Assembly (NCBI RefSeq): GCF_018977255.1
Contig: NW_024704743.1
Location: forward strand, 66,280,001 to 66,344,000
DNA: 64,000 bases
From: Callorhinchus milii
Taxonomy: Eukaryota
Reading direction: 5' to 3'
Both the position numbers and the translations under genes were made by a program. The notes below the pieces were generated by a model. The model saw only the letters and a program-made list of their open reading frames with translations, was not told where the DNA came from and made no database searches. Shown in pieces: positions 48,270 to 61,680 of this stretch; position 1 is the stretch's first letter, and each line of letters opens with the position of its first letter.

Positions 48270-48545
48270 AGGAACGTAGGAACAGGTGTAGGCCATTCAG
48301 CCCTTCAAATCTGTTCCGCCATTCAGTTAGATCACGGCTGAACTGTACCTCAACTAATCCTGTCAATTCAAATTTCCCGCTTTCTCCCCATATCACTTAA
48401 TACCCTGACTTACCAAAAATCCATCAATCTCACCGTTGAAGGTGTGGATGGATCCACCATCCACAGCCTTTTGGGGCAAAGAATTCCAGATTTCTACTCT
48501 TTGAGTGAAAAAATGCTTCCTGAATTCACTCTTAAATGGCCATAT
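48270..48545 (-). mobile_element. CR1 3' fragment
   Basis: AGGAACGTAGGAACAGGTGTAGGCCATTCAGCCC is the reverse complement of a CR1-type 3' end; GAATTCCAGATT..CACTCTTAAATGG coding remnant. Other remnants at ~44615-44960, 51950-52240, 57150-57500. Confidence 0.65.
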
Positions 48546-51419
48546 CTTATATTATATATATCCGTGGACCTTTGCTGGAAAGTATAAAACGTGAATGTCA
48601 GCTAAGGATGGGTCCAGGCTTGTGTGATGCCCTCCTTCTACAGTCAAGTAACCCACCTGTATTCACAAATTATGGTCACACATGAAGAATGTCCATTTTT
48701 GCTCACAGCTAGGGGTTGCAATAACTTGAATCCCAATCCCACTTCCTGGAATCCCATATACTAATGGTGCTCCCAAAATCTCAGGATTTATAGAACATAA
48801 TCCCAGGAGCAACGATTAGACAAGCTCTTCAGTTTTTAAAGAAGACATCTGAGAGGAGTCGTTATAGATTTTTTTTTGGTGAGTCAGGTGTTTGACATAA
48901 GCAGAAACCCATCACCAGAGGTTATGGGAGTATCCAAAGCAAGCTGTGAACTCCATGCATCCCACCTACACATGGAAATTGATAGATTGTTGGAATGGCA
49001 TACACACTCTCTCCCTGGAGTGATGCATCCTGCTTACCTAATTCCTGAAAATATTAGGTGCAGGTTGGCAAGAGCCAATGCTTGGGTGTCCCAGAGATTG
49101 CTAGAATACAAGAGGGTGAATACTGTGAAAGAATGAGATCAAATGAGCCAAAAGGTCTTCATTATCGAACCTCATTATTGGTCTTGTAATTGCCACAAAA
49201 CAAGACAAAACACTGAATGGAATGCCCTCCTGGTCCACCAGATGGCACGCTCATTCTCTCCATTATATTAGTCAGTGGATTTCGCTCCAAAGCAAAATGT
49301 TTGATGCTGGGGATTCCAGACCACTGATATATTAACAGTCACAGGGTCACAGGACATTTCAATTTTGTCACAGCTGGTCTTCAGAACAAAGGAGGATATA
49401 AATGGTTGGCTTTTCCTGAGTCACATTTCAAATCAAATCCTGGATCTTCCACTGGGTTGTAAAATTCTAAACGTCTGCAGCAAATAGCTATAAAATTGGG
49501 TGTTCACCCCATGGGCAAAATTCACTGACAAGGTAAGTAAAGGGTTGCACATCATTGTCAGTTCATTATATGAAACCCCTCAGGCTGTCATGTGCAATCC
49601 ATAGTATCTCCTCCACATATTTAATGAAATGTAGTTTACTAAACTATGCTGTAAACCGGAATACAAAATACAATTTTAAACATCTATATTTATTATATTT
49701 TCACCAGCTCTGCAAAGCTATTCCCCATGTAGTTAACTATGAAATAATGAATAACACATGTGTGATAATATAAACCAGTGATTACTCCCTGTCTGTCTGG
49801 TAGTAGAAAAAGCTGATGCTGTATACTGTAACAGAATACTGTCTATTCATAGCGACTCATGGCCAATTATGCGTGCCATCTTTCGGAATACAAAATCCTT
49901 ATTGTGATATTGTACAGTATTTAGTCTTACTACACATTTAAAGAGAAAGTAGCATTTTTGGAACTGTAAAATCTATCCCTCTTTGGGTAGGATTGATGCT
50001 TTTTGTTTACAAACTCTGCAAAGTAGCGTTAGTTTATTTGCCTAATGCTAAATTATAGGGTTGAATTAACCCCACATTTTTCTACTGTAAATTGAATCCT
50101 TTCCTTACCCCAGGTAAAAAAAATTGTCAGCTAAGTGTCTGACACACGCCCATCTCCTTGCTTAAGAGTATCTAAACCAGACTGAGAGTTTCACATATAT
50201 ATAATATATATATATATAACACCTACATATGGAGATTTCTGTGTGTTTGGAATCTAGTAAGCACTCACTCCCTGGAGGCGCCCTGTTTACCTAATTGGAG
50301 GGTATTACAACAGCAATAAATTGTATTTAGATTAAATGCAAATTGGACACCTTAGAGTGTGCATTGGAGTTTGACCAGCTAAAACTGTACAGCCTGACAA
50401 GCTTCCCCCTGCTTGTCCAGCTAGGACTACCTATTAGGGCTTTGGCTTGCTGGGTTAAACAGGAGCAACAAGTATGCACAAACACACACATACACACACC
50501 AAAATTTTCACGCACACATACACACATTATCATCATCACAAGCACAACAGGTGTATTGAAATGTCAAATAACTGAGGTACAGGTTTCTTCAAATGGTAGT
50601 ACCCTCCCTTCTAGATCAGATATTTGTAGTCCTAAGCCTCTATGTTGGAATAGAGCTCATTGTCTAAGATAATACTCCAGGGCAATACTGGGATTGCTGC
50701 ATTGTTGGATTTACCATCTTTCAAATGAGGGAGTGAACCAAGGTCCCATTTTTCCATTTATATGGACAATAGGAACCCATGGCACTCGTCGAAAGAGAAG
50801 GGAGTTTCTTCTGGCCAACAATCCTCCAAATGAATTGATTATTCACCTCATGGCTGTTTGAGAGGTGCAAATGGCTGATGTGTTGCCTACAAAAATAGAT
50901 AGTGAACCTGACAATAGTTACATTTGTCAACTTGACGATAAAGATCTTTCCTTGAACCCATGTCCCTTGGCGGTTTGGGTGAAACCAATACTCTTCTGTT
51001 TAGAAAATCTTTTAATTTAGAAAATCTAGTTTCATTCAATTTTTAAAAAATGAAATATGTACAAATTCCCCTCTCCTATTTTAGACACTGTAGTGTTTAA
51101 CTATCAAACTCACGGCACTGGAACTAAATGATATAAAACCACTTCACTACATTTTACGTTGTACCCACTTGTACAATGAAAAGCTGGGCAATAAAAGGAT
51201 AAGGAGCAGTACTGGAACTTCTGGGTAAGAGTTTCTTTTCACCAGACTCAAGATTTCAGTGATCTTTCAGTATGTGTGATTTCTATGCAGGAAATGCAGG
51301 TAAAGAAAATAGAGGCATCAGGATGGGGTGATGGAAATCTATTGCCGATGGAAATTCACATTCCTTATTCCTAAGTATCCCTTATCATCCATGCCACTGT
51401 AAAAACAAAATTCATCTAC

Positions 51420-51554
51420 CTGTTTTAGGTTGTAGAGTCCTCTTTTGTCACAGTTAGGGATGTGAAACCTGTAAAGTTCTTCATTACCACGCTGTTGAAC
51501 CAAAGTAATCCTTGCAATAGCTCGCTGCATTTCGGCCTGGCATGCACCCTGGAC
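51420..51554 (-). CDS. IGFBP1: IGFBP1 exon 3 (start 51554 or 51548, tandem acceptors)
   Basis: (VQ)[43 protein letters not shown]. Donor CAG|gtagat; phase 0 to 0. Confidence 0.92.
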
Positions 51555-54500
51555 CTAATAAACACAACATTGTCATTAAAGCAGTTACTTGTTTTGGTGT
51601 TTTATTAAATTCAAGGATTAATTATTATTTCATACTGGTTTCACAAGATTTCCAGCATGGCGTGAATTGAAATGTATAATTCAATTTTACAATACAATTT
51701 ACATTTCTATAGCGTCTTTTGTGTCAGCAGCATCCCTCAAATTGCTTTACATAGCTGGCAGGGTTGGGGGGGGTGAGGGAGTGCAAACTGAAAGTGTGGT
51801 AAAAGAGATAGGTCTTAATTTGGCTTTAAAAATGGAGAGGGGGAAGTAAGTCATAGGGACTCTGAGATGGAGTTCCAAAGAGAAGAGACCAATATGTAAC
51901 TACCAGCAAGATAACAAGATAATAACCATCCAACTTTTTCCTTTTCATAGAACTTTCAAAAATGTATAGCACAGCAGAAGGAACTGTGGCCTATCATTTT
52001 ATGTTGGTATTTGCTTCTCCTTGAAGCCATCAATCCTAATCCCAATTTCCTACTCTTACCCAATACCATCTAAAACCCATTAATACCCGCAGGTGCTTAA
52101 CCAATTCCTTTTTAAATGTTCCAAGCGACTTTGCTGTAACAGCCAGTCCTGGAAAATCATCCATAGCCTGACAACCCTCTGGGGGAAGAAGTTCTTCTGA
52201 ACTCCCCAGTTATAATTCATTACCTCTTGTCCTTACATTCCATTGGATAAAGATGAGTTTAAGTTCTGTAGTTTATTCAAACCAAAGCTGATTTTAAGTG
52301 CAGGTTTTACAACCAGAACAACTACTTGCATTTATATAATGCCCTTCCTGAAGGATAGAGTCTTGGAGCGCTCCACAGTCGTGGGGTTGGATACTGAGCA
52401 AGGAGGATAGGGGAGGGGTGGTGACCATAAGCTCAGTGGAAGAGGTAGGTTTTAAGGAAGAATTTAAAGATAAATAAAGAGGGAGAGAGGTGGAGAGATA
52501 GAGGCAGGGAGTTTTGAGGTTAGGTGCATAGCGATTGAAGACAGTGACATAGTGACTGAAGGCACAGTCATTGAGTATAGTGTAGAAGGATCAGGGTAGG
52601 CCTCTGTCTACTGAGCGAAGAGGATGGGCTGTGAACTGGGGTATAAAACACAATCAGGATTCTGTCAGTATGCCATGCTTACTTGTGGGAACTACCTCTG
52701 ACACAAACTAGTGCCAGAGTGAAGCTTTCAGCAGTCGTAATGATGTGACATTCAGAATTCTGGTTACTGAAAATTTCCCCGCTCAGATTCTATAATTTAG
52801 GAATCCCACTTTGAAATCATTGATTTCTGAACACTAATATATATATATATATATAGTATCAGCATTAGTACCATATTTAATAATATATATATATACATTT
52901 AAAAGTAACTAAGCAGTTGCAAAGTCAATTTAATCTACTAGAAACAGATGTATTTGGATGTATTGAACCGTGAGCCGCTTGCCAGAAACTGTACCAAACC
53001 ACTTGATCCAGAAGGCAATCATGCCTCCTTCTGGCAATTTGTGAGGACTGCATGATGAATACACAATTGGTAAACGTACTGAAATTCTTTTTGTAAAAGT
53101 ATATCTGTTATGAGAAAATATAATCGATCATAAAAAAATACTAATTGAATGAGGTGTTAAATTATTTCCCATCTGCCTGTTCACGTGAGTGTTAACGAAC
53201 CCATGGCACTATTCATAAAGAGAAGAGAGTTTCTCCCAGTGTCCAAGCCAACATTCCCCAAAATAAACTTGGTTATTCACTTCACGGATGTGTGTGGGAT
53301 ATTGCTGTGTGCAGATTGGCATCCACATTCTTCCACAAAATATACAGTTACACCACATTCTGTGAAACCCTTTGGAGACATCTCGATAACATGATAAGGC
53401 ACCATGCCAAATGCAAGGATTATTATTTTGTTATTATTCCAATGAGAACTCATCTAACTACTGACTAAAGTCTCTTAATATCTGGCTACAGAGAAGTAGA
53501 GTGCTTGGCTATAGCCCATCCTACCTGACAGAGAAAGTGCGTGAAGAAGATCCAGCAAAGAATAAAATAATTCAACCAAAAAGGAGAGGTGAAGCTAAAT
53601 TCTGAATTTCTTCTTGGATTTTTTGTTTGCTCCTTTCTATTTGTGTTTCTATTGTTTCTTTCCCTTCACTCATTTTCTCTCCAATTTTGTTCTCCTTTCT
53701 TTCCTCGCTTATTAGTTCTCAGATAGAAATTTTGCTGTTGAAAGTTGCAACAGTTTATTATCGTGATTGAGTTGTCAGGACAAATGCATTAATAAAAATT
53801 ACTTCTGAACTTCTATAAAGTCTGCTCAAGTTCCGTTATAGTAAAAGGAGGGGAATAAATAGCATCGGCGTTAGTACCATGAACTCAACCTGAAGTGCAA
53901 AACACTCCAAGCTGGGGGCTCAATTGATGCAAAATCAATTGAGATGACATACCTACTATTAGTGTTGGTCAATTGACTGAACAAATACGACTCCATTTGG
54001 AACCGCAAAAGTGGAAATATTGTGACAGCAGTCACTTCGCAATAAGTGACACGACCTGTTATAATACACAATTGTCACAATAAAGTAATAAATCCTAAAC
54101 ATGTCATGTAATGATGGTCTAACTACCAACACTTTGAAAAAATCAGGTCAAAATTGCAGAGTTTTTCAAAGCATTACGAAATGGCATTGAAAGTGTTTTC
54201 AAATTCCCCAAACTTCTATTTAATGGTAATGTCCAAACTCAGCTGAAAAGCCCTGGTTGTTATTTTACTTTCTGCTTGGCAAGGATCGTATATAAATGCT
54301 GAAAATGGCTTTTTAGAGCTTATTCAGGAATCATTAGTTTAAATCAATCCGAGTTAGGGCTGAATCCCATGAAAAGACCTGGACAGACCACTTCCCAAGA
54401 TCAGAATTTGGGGCCTGATTGGACTCCAGTATTTAAGCAAAGTTTCCATTAAAGCCAAATAAGTTGCATTTTCCCCACACAATAGCTCCACATTACAGAA

Positions 54501-54643
54501 TATCCTGTGAAGTACTTTGAGATGTCTCAATAACAATGTTTAAAAGTGCTATACCAAATTCTTATTAATAATAAAGTTCGCGAGCGTAGAAATTAAGTTC
54601 TTTGCTGTGAATGATTCCAGGAATTGTGATAACTGACTCCTAC

Positions 54644-54834
54644 CTGAGGCTCTCTTGGTTTCTGATTTATTCGTTTGGATCTTCTTTCGAACTCTGTATC
54701 AGGTGAATTTTGAATGTCATAAGATTTGTCAGGAGCTGGTATAGGCCTGAGGTTAGTTCCTGCTGGTCGATCTGGGGCGTGATCTGTGCCTGCTGGAGTG
54801 GGAGTCTCGGTTTCCAGATTAGACTCTTGTGCTT
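54644..54834 (-). CDS. IGFBP1: IGFBP1 exon 2 (linker), probable
   Basis: Acceptor ttgttattttcag, donor CAG|gtagga. 191 nt, phase 1 to 0 as expected for IGFBP exon 2. Open frame (E)AQESNLETETPTPAG...DKSYDIQNS...RINQKPREPQ, rich in S/T/E/P like an IGFBP linker. Confidence 0.78.
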
Positions 54835-55564
54835 CTGAAAATAACAATTTTCACAGTAATATGGAAAATATATTAAATATCAGTGGAGCTGGTGATTGAA
54901 TGTGCACAATGAATACAATGAATACAACAACTTGCATTTATTTAACGCCTTCATGCAGCATAGCATCTCGGAGCGCTGTACAGTGGTGGGGTTGGATGCC
55001 AAGGGAGGGCGAAGGGGGAGGTGACTGTAGGCTTAAACTCCTTAATGCAGACCTGTCACAACTCCCTATTTACAGAACACTTGAAAAGTACTGTGCACTC
55101 AATTATGAATAAGCATGTTTTGCCACAAATTATGTTCAACTTTATCTTATTCAGTGTAAGAAAAACAATGCATACTGTACAGACACTCCAACAGTACCAT
55201 ATATCTTTGGTTCATACGTACTAAAGTATTGGTCAAATACTGGGAATTAGATTTTAATATCCACAAATGATTTTGTAACTAGAAGGGGTAGAAATTCCAC
55301 CTGAATCTAGATTTACTCCATTAAAGTAGAAATTCAGAACATCCAGTATTTAGCAAATTCAGAAATAAAGGTTTCATTTTGAACCTAGTTTTCTCTACCT
55401 TCTTTCATGAACTACAGAAATCTGACGGTACAATTTTCCGAATTCCACAGACTGAAATCCTAAAGAAATGAACAAATCTAGATCCTAATTTAGAATTTCT
55501 CCCTTGAATGTGATATTGATTTCCAGCAGTTTCAGAGGGACAAGCATGATGCATTCAGTATTCA

Positions 55565-55945
55565 CTACTGGTAGCACTCTAGCCTCTGAATCAGAAGTTT
55601 CTGGGTTCAAACCATACATTGGAACTTTGAGCTCATAGACTATGCTGGGGAAGCATGACAGTTTTGGAGGTTGGAGGTGCCACCCTTTATACAAGAAATT
55701 AAACTGAGCTTCCATCTGTCTGTTCAGGTGGAAGCTAACAATCGATATCCTGGCCAACAATCGCCCAGATGAAGTTGGTAATTCACTTCATGGCTGTTTG
55801 CGGAATATTGCTGTGCACAAATTGGCTGCAGTGTTTGCCTACAAATATACAGTATCTACACTCTGTAGTCGATCCTGTAAAAATGTTGCAGATATCCTCC
55901 AGATATGAAAGACACTATAACAAATGCAAAGATTATTATATCATT
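55565..55945 (+). mobile_element. Older Deu-domain SINE (SacSINE1/AmnSINE-like)
   Basis: GGTAGCACTCTAGCCTCTGAATCAGAAG..GGGTTCAAA head, CCATCTGTCTGTTCAGGTGGA, CCTGGCCAACA, shared tail. Related copies at ~1255-1616, 27215-27420, 50660-50900, 53140-53440. Family name is from memory. Confidence 0.65.
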
Positions 55946-56034
55946 ACTTACCCTTACTTACTTGTGTAATCATTATAAATTAGGGGCAAATATATTTGTA
56001 ATTTTTACATTGATTCTTCAACTGCAATGCTTAA

Positions 56035-56472
56035 TAAATAATAATAATACTTGCATTTGATATAGAAGCTTATCGAGTTGTTGAGGAGTTTTAAAGCACT
56101 TCACAGAATATTTTGTAAAGTCAATTGACTGTGTATTTGGAAGTGAAATGCATCAGTCAGCTGCGCACAGCAATGTCCCTGAAACAACCGTGGAGTGAAT
56201 AACCAATTTACTTGTCAGGACACCAGGAGAACATCCTTCTCTTTTTAAATAGAGTATGGGATCTTTCACTCCAGGTCCCATCTGCCTGTCCACTTGAACA
56301 GGCAGGGAGATGGGACCTTGGTTTAAAGGGTGGCACCTGCAACAATGCAATACCCCCCCCAGCATTGCATTGGAGCATCAGTTTAGACTATGTGGTCCCA
56401 AGTGCCGACATGGGACTTGAAACCATGACCCTCTGACTCAGTGGCGAGAGTGCTACCATTGAGCCAGGCTGA
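56035..56472 (-). mobile_element. Older Deu-domain SINE, opposite orientation
   Basis: On -: GGCTCAATGGTAGCACTCTCGCCACTGAGTCAGAGGGTCATGGTTTCAAGTCCC...TGTCCTGACAAG...TATCAAATGCAAG(TAT)n. Confidence 0.68.
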
Positions 56473-58245
56473 TGCACATTATATTTAAAGTGCATATGCT
56501 GCAATGAAAATAGTTTGACAGGATTCGCATGAATTGTGACTATTTGGCAGCTCTGAGTTTCTGTAGAATTTGGGTTTATTTACACAGAGGAGGTCATGTT
56601 GTGTCCTGAAGTGGATGGCGAAACACAGCAGGGAGGGATATAAAAAAAACCTCACAAGTTTGTTAAATAAACCAATGCTCCATGAACTTTTACTCTGCCC
56701 ACTGAAAGATAGTCCCTGGGGATCACTCAGTTTAAGTCACTGCAGCACCTCCACATCAAAAGTGAAGAGCTATAATTCACAAACCCTTTGAGCCTAATTG
56801 GAGGCCTTCGGCAAAGCAAGACTTAAATCCTGCCAATCTGAGGACTTTTGCACATAAATTCTTGCCCTGACACTAATCATCCGCTTTAAGAGGTTTCACC
56901 AGTCCCTCTGGCTTTCTTAATATTTAGCAGCTCATCTTACAAAGGAACATAGGAATGTACAGATCCCCAAAAGAGTGTTACATCTATCTGGTAGGCAACG
57001 TATTTTAAAAAATAAAGAAAATTTTAAGAAGAATAAATAATCCTATACTGCGCTATCTCTCATATCCTTCAAGAGAATTCTTCACTAAATAGTTCTTTAA
57101 TTCCCTTTTGAACTTTTTGAACTTAGAGGGAAGATGAGAACATATGAATACAAGAACATAAGAATTGCTAGGTGAAAGAAGATCAAGGTCCATCTAGTTC
57201 GCCTTCCACTATCCTGGCAGTCGCTTGACATGTTGTGTCCTAAACTATATACTGTATCCCGAAATATTATTTTCTAGCAGAAATCTATCTAATTTGTTCT
57301 TGAAACAAGCAACATTTTCTGCTTCCACTGTCTCCCTAGAGAGCCTGTTCTATAAGTTTACTACTCGCTCACTGAAGTAGTGTTTCTACAAATTTGTTCT
57401 GAATTTACCCCGCTTCAATCGCAGGCAATGTCCTTTGGTTCTAAACAGCCTATCATGGATTACATTATCAATTTCCTTCAGAACCTTAAATACTGCAATC
57501 AGCTTGCATTTATATAGTGCCATTCATGTGGAGTAGAGTTTTGGTATGCAGTGATGTCCACCACTCCTTCTGTGTAGTGTGTCATTAAATCTGAACTATT
57601 TCTTCACTTTTCCTCTTCTGAGATTGAGTTAATGTCCGTTTGTTGTACATTTTTTCACCACATCAAATGTGTTCTTAGGGTCCTATTTATCTATATCCGG
57701 AGCTTGGGATTCACCCTGATTGGTATGCAGAGAAGAAAACAGCTGGTGCTCAAGCTCCACTCTTCTATCTGGTGTAACCATTGCTCAGTGGGTATGAATA
57801 TACGTCCCAGCCGTGGGCAGGAGGATGGTGGCAGTGCTCTCATTCATTTCATGTTGAGCTGTGCTAGTCACCTAGAAGCACACAAGAAGTTGCCAGGTCT
57901 TTCTATCAACTGAGAGAGGGCTCAAACCTACACTTGTCAGATATCAAATAGATAACCAACTGGGACTATCCTCCTTGTGGGGGTGTTGAGCTGAAAGTGG
58001 CACGCTTTCACAATGGAATTTTCAAATCGAGTGGTAGTTTGGTTCCCGAGTCAGGTGGGTTCCCAGAACTCCAGGGAACTGATGATGACAGATCAGCCAA
58101 CCTGGCTCATTGGCAATACTTAGAGAGTGGACTGGGAACAGGCAATCTTCCCAATCAGCTTCTGCTAACTATGTAAGCCAAAGCCCTCAATGGGTAGAGT
58201 GGACCGAGCTAGATAAGCGTAAGATAGCTTGCCAGACAGTACTCT

Positions 58246-61200
58246 TCAACAACAACAACTTAGATTTATATAGTGCTCTCCACGCCGCATGGCGTATCAG
58301 AGTGCTTTATAGTAACGGATCCAGGGACTGAGCCAGGGGGAGGGGGAGGAAGGTGACCAAAGGCGCGATAGAAAAGAAAGATCTTCAGCAGAGAGCTGAA
58401 AATGGGAAGGGAGGGAACGAGACGAAGGGAGTGAGGAAGGCAGTTCCAGAGTCTCGGGGCATAGTAGCTGAAGGCACGGCTGCCGAGGGTGGAGTGGTGG
58501 ATTGGGGGACGAGGAGGAGGCCAGAGGAACAAAGGCAATTGGTACTGTTTTGAGGAGAGAGGAGGTCAGAGAGGTAGGGGGCTGCAGAGTAGTGCAGGGA
58601 CTTGAATACATGGGTGAGGATCTTGAAATCGATCCTCTCTGGGATAGGCAGCCAGTGCAGTCTGGCAAGGACTGGGGTGATCGGGGAGCGGAGTTTCGTG
58701 CGGGTGAGAATGCGGGCTGCAGAGTTTTGAATGATATGGATTTTATGGATGGTAGTGGATGGGAGACCGGCGAGGAGGGCGTTAGAGTAGTCCAGCCGAG
58801 AAGTGACAAAGGCATGGACTAGTTTCAGTGGCTTTTGGAGTGAGGTATTGGCGGAGACGGGCGATGCGTCAGAGGTGGAAAAAAGCGGTGCTGGTGAGGG
58901 ACCGGATGTGGGGGAGAAAGGATAATTGGGGGTCGAACCTGATGCCTAGGTTGCGTACGGGTTCGGAGAGTTTTAGGGGGAGGTCGGGTAGGTGGAGGAG
59001 GTGAGAGCCATGAGATTTTAGACATTGATGAAAGCCAAAGAGTATGGCTTCCATCTTGTCAGCGTTCAGCTGAAGGAAGTTTGCGCTCATCCAGCCTCTG
59101 AGATCTGACAGGCAGACTGACAGAACATCAGGGGACTGGGGGTCACAAAGAGAGGTGGAAAAATAGTGTTGGGTGTCATCTGCCTACATGTGGAAATGTA
59201 CCCCATGTCTGTGGATGACATCCCCAAGAGGGAGCATGTAGATCAGAAAGAGGAGGGGGCCAAGGATGGATCCTTGGGGTACCCCGCAGGTGACCGGGTG
59301 AGGAGGAGAAGCCATTTGTGCAGATGTACTGCTGGCGGTTTGTGAGATAGGACTCGAACCAGGCGAGTGCGGTCCCACTGAGGTAGACGACGGAAGATAG
59401 GCGGTGGAGGAGGATGGCGTGATCGACTGTGTCGAACGTGGCGGTGAGATCCAGGAGAACAAGGAGGCAGAGGGAGCCCTGGTCACAGATAGAGAGGATG
59501 TCGTTTGTGACTTTCACAAGCACAGTCTCTGTACTGTGGGGAGGGCGGAAACCGGACTGGAGGGGTTCGAAGAGGTAGTGGGAGGAGAGGTGTGCGCGGA
59601 GTTGATTGGCAACAACACGTTATAGAACTTTTGAGAGGAAGGGCAGGTTAGAAATAGGGTGGTAGTGGCTGGGGTTTGAGGGATCCAGAGGGGGGGTTTT
59701 CACGAGGGGGGTGATGACAACAGTTTTGAGGGAGGCAGGGACTGATCCGGAGGAGAGGAACTGGCTGATGATGTCAGCTAGTAGTGGGCAGAGGAGGGGG
59801 AGCTGGGTGACCAGTAAGTTGGTGAGAGGGGGTCGAGGCAGCAGGTGGTGGGTTTCATGGAGGTGATGGTGGGTGAGAGGGAGGAGGGAGAGATGGGGAG
59901 GAAGGAATGTAGAGTCGGGTGGTGGTAGAAGCAGATGATGAGGAAGTTGAGGGGGACAGAGAGGGTGTGGTGTTGGGTGACAAGGGGCAGGTGGATGAGG
60001 CTGCCTGGCGGATGTTAAGTATTTTAGATGAAAAGAAGTCCATGACCTCCTCGCACTTGGCATTTGATACGAAGATTGAGGAGGCCTGAGGGGGGGCACG
60101 GAGGAGGTAGTGGGTGGTGGAGAAAAGGGTTTTAGGGTTGTGTTCAGCCTCCAAGATGATGTTGGAGTAGAAGGCCATTTTTGCATGTATCAAAGAATGG
60201 TGGTAGCTGTGGAGATGACCCACTGTTGGCGGTGAATTGTCAGGCCGGTTATCCGCCATCTGAGCTCGAGCAGACGGGTTTGGGTTTTTTGGTGGCAGTG
60301 ATGGTTGTTGTACCAGGGGGATCGGGTGGGTTTGGAGATGGTTCTGGATTTTAGGGGGACGAGGGAGTTGAAGGTGTAGGAGAGGCGATCATGGAGCAGC
60401 TGGACAGCTGCTTCAGGATCTCCACGGGTGGAAGGCCAGAGGGAAAGGATGTTTGATGATGAGAGGGCCTTTGTGAGGGTCTCAGTGGGTATCCTTTTCC
60501 AAGGGCGATAGAAGAAGGTTGAGGGCTTGGTGGAGGAGAGAGGGATGTGAGAGGAGAAGGAGATTAAAAAGTGGTCCGAGATGGCCTTGTCCACTATGCT
60601 GAGGTTGGAAATGTCAAGGCCATGGGTGATGACGAGGTCAAGTGTATGACCACGGTTGTGGGTGGGTGAATTTATATGGAGGCTAAGGTTTAGGGAGGAG
60701 AGGAGGGCAGTGAAATCGGCCGAAGTGGTGCAAGGTGTTTAGGTGGAGGTTGAAATCGCCCATTATGAGTAGGTACTCAGAGCAGAGGGACAGGGAAGAG
60801 AGGAGAGTAGAGATGTCTGTGTGGAAGGAGCCGGGGGGCTTAGGAGGCCAGTCGACAAGGAGGATTTTCAAATGGAGAGAGGGATGGAAGAGGGTGAGGT
60901 GCTCGAAGGAGGGGAAGCAGCCAGAGGTGTAGGGGGTGAGACCAAGGGAGGCTTTGGAAATGAAGGCCACCCTGCTGCCACGTTGGTTTGGACGGGGGGT
61001 GTGGTGGGAAGTGTAGCTTGGAGGGGAGGCTTCCACTAGAGGTACAGGGTCATTGGGGGAGAGCCAGGCTTTGGTGAGCCCAAGAATGTCAAGTTGCTCA
61101 TCCAGGATGAGGTTGTGGATGGTGAGGGCCTTATTTGAGAGGGAATGAACCTTTTGGAGGGAAATGTGGGTGGGTTTGCTGGAGGGGATGGAGAGAGGAG

Positions 61201-61680
61201 AGAGTGGTGCAGAGAGGATTTTGAGTTGTATAGGAGAGATGGTTGTGGAGAGTGATGTGAGTGGAGAGTTCGGGAGGGTACATATGAGGGAGGGGGGAGT
61301 TGTTTTTGCCTTAAGAAGGCGGTTTGAGAGGAGGGAGTGAATGATTGGACATGTGGGGTTGCTACTCTGGGACTGCCAGTGCCGGGAGCCACGATGGGCC
61401 CGGCGGAGGATGCCCAGGCTGGAGCAGAGGGAAGTGATGATGGGGTCGAGGAAAGAGAGAAGGCGGGGAGGGCGGTGGGAGAGAAGGACAGAGGGGGAGT
61501 AGCGGATAGAGGGGTGCAGCAGGAGAGACATTTAGAATGGAGGGGGAGTGGAAGGCTCGGGTCGGGGCGAAGGCCAAAACGCGCACGCAGAGACCGGGAG
61601 CGAGCGATCAGCGGGACGGCATCAGCCCTCAGGCTTAGCCTTCCAGGTTATGGCCAGGATGGCAGTGCCAGGGACCAGGA
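58246..61680 (-). mobile_element. Near full-length single-ORF L2 LINE (inactive) in presumed IGFBP1 intron 1
   Basis: GC-rich 5' leader, ORF start at 61531 with APE domain (DILGLTKAWL, IMGDFNLHLN), RT fragments in several frames ([30 protein letters not shown]), (GTT)n tail at 58246-58259. Confidence 0.92.
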
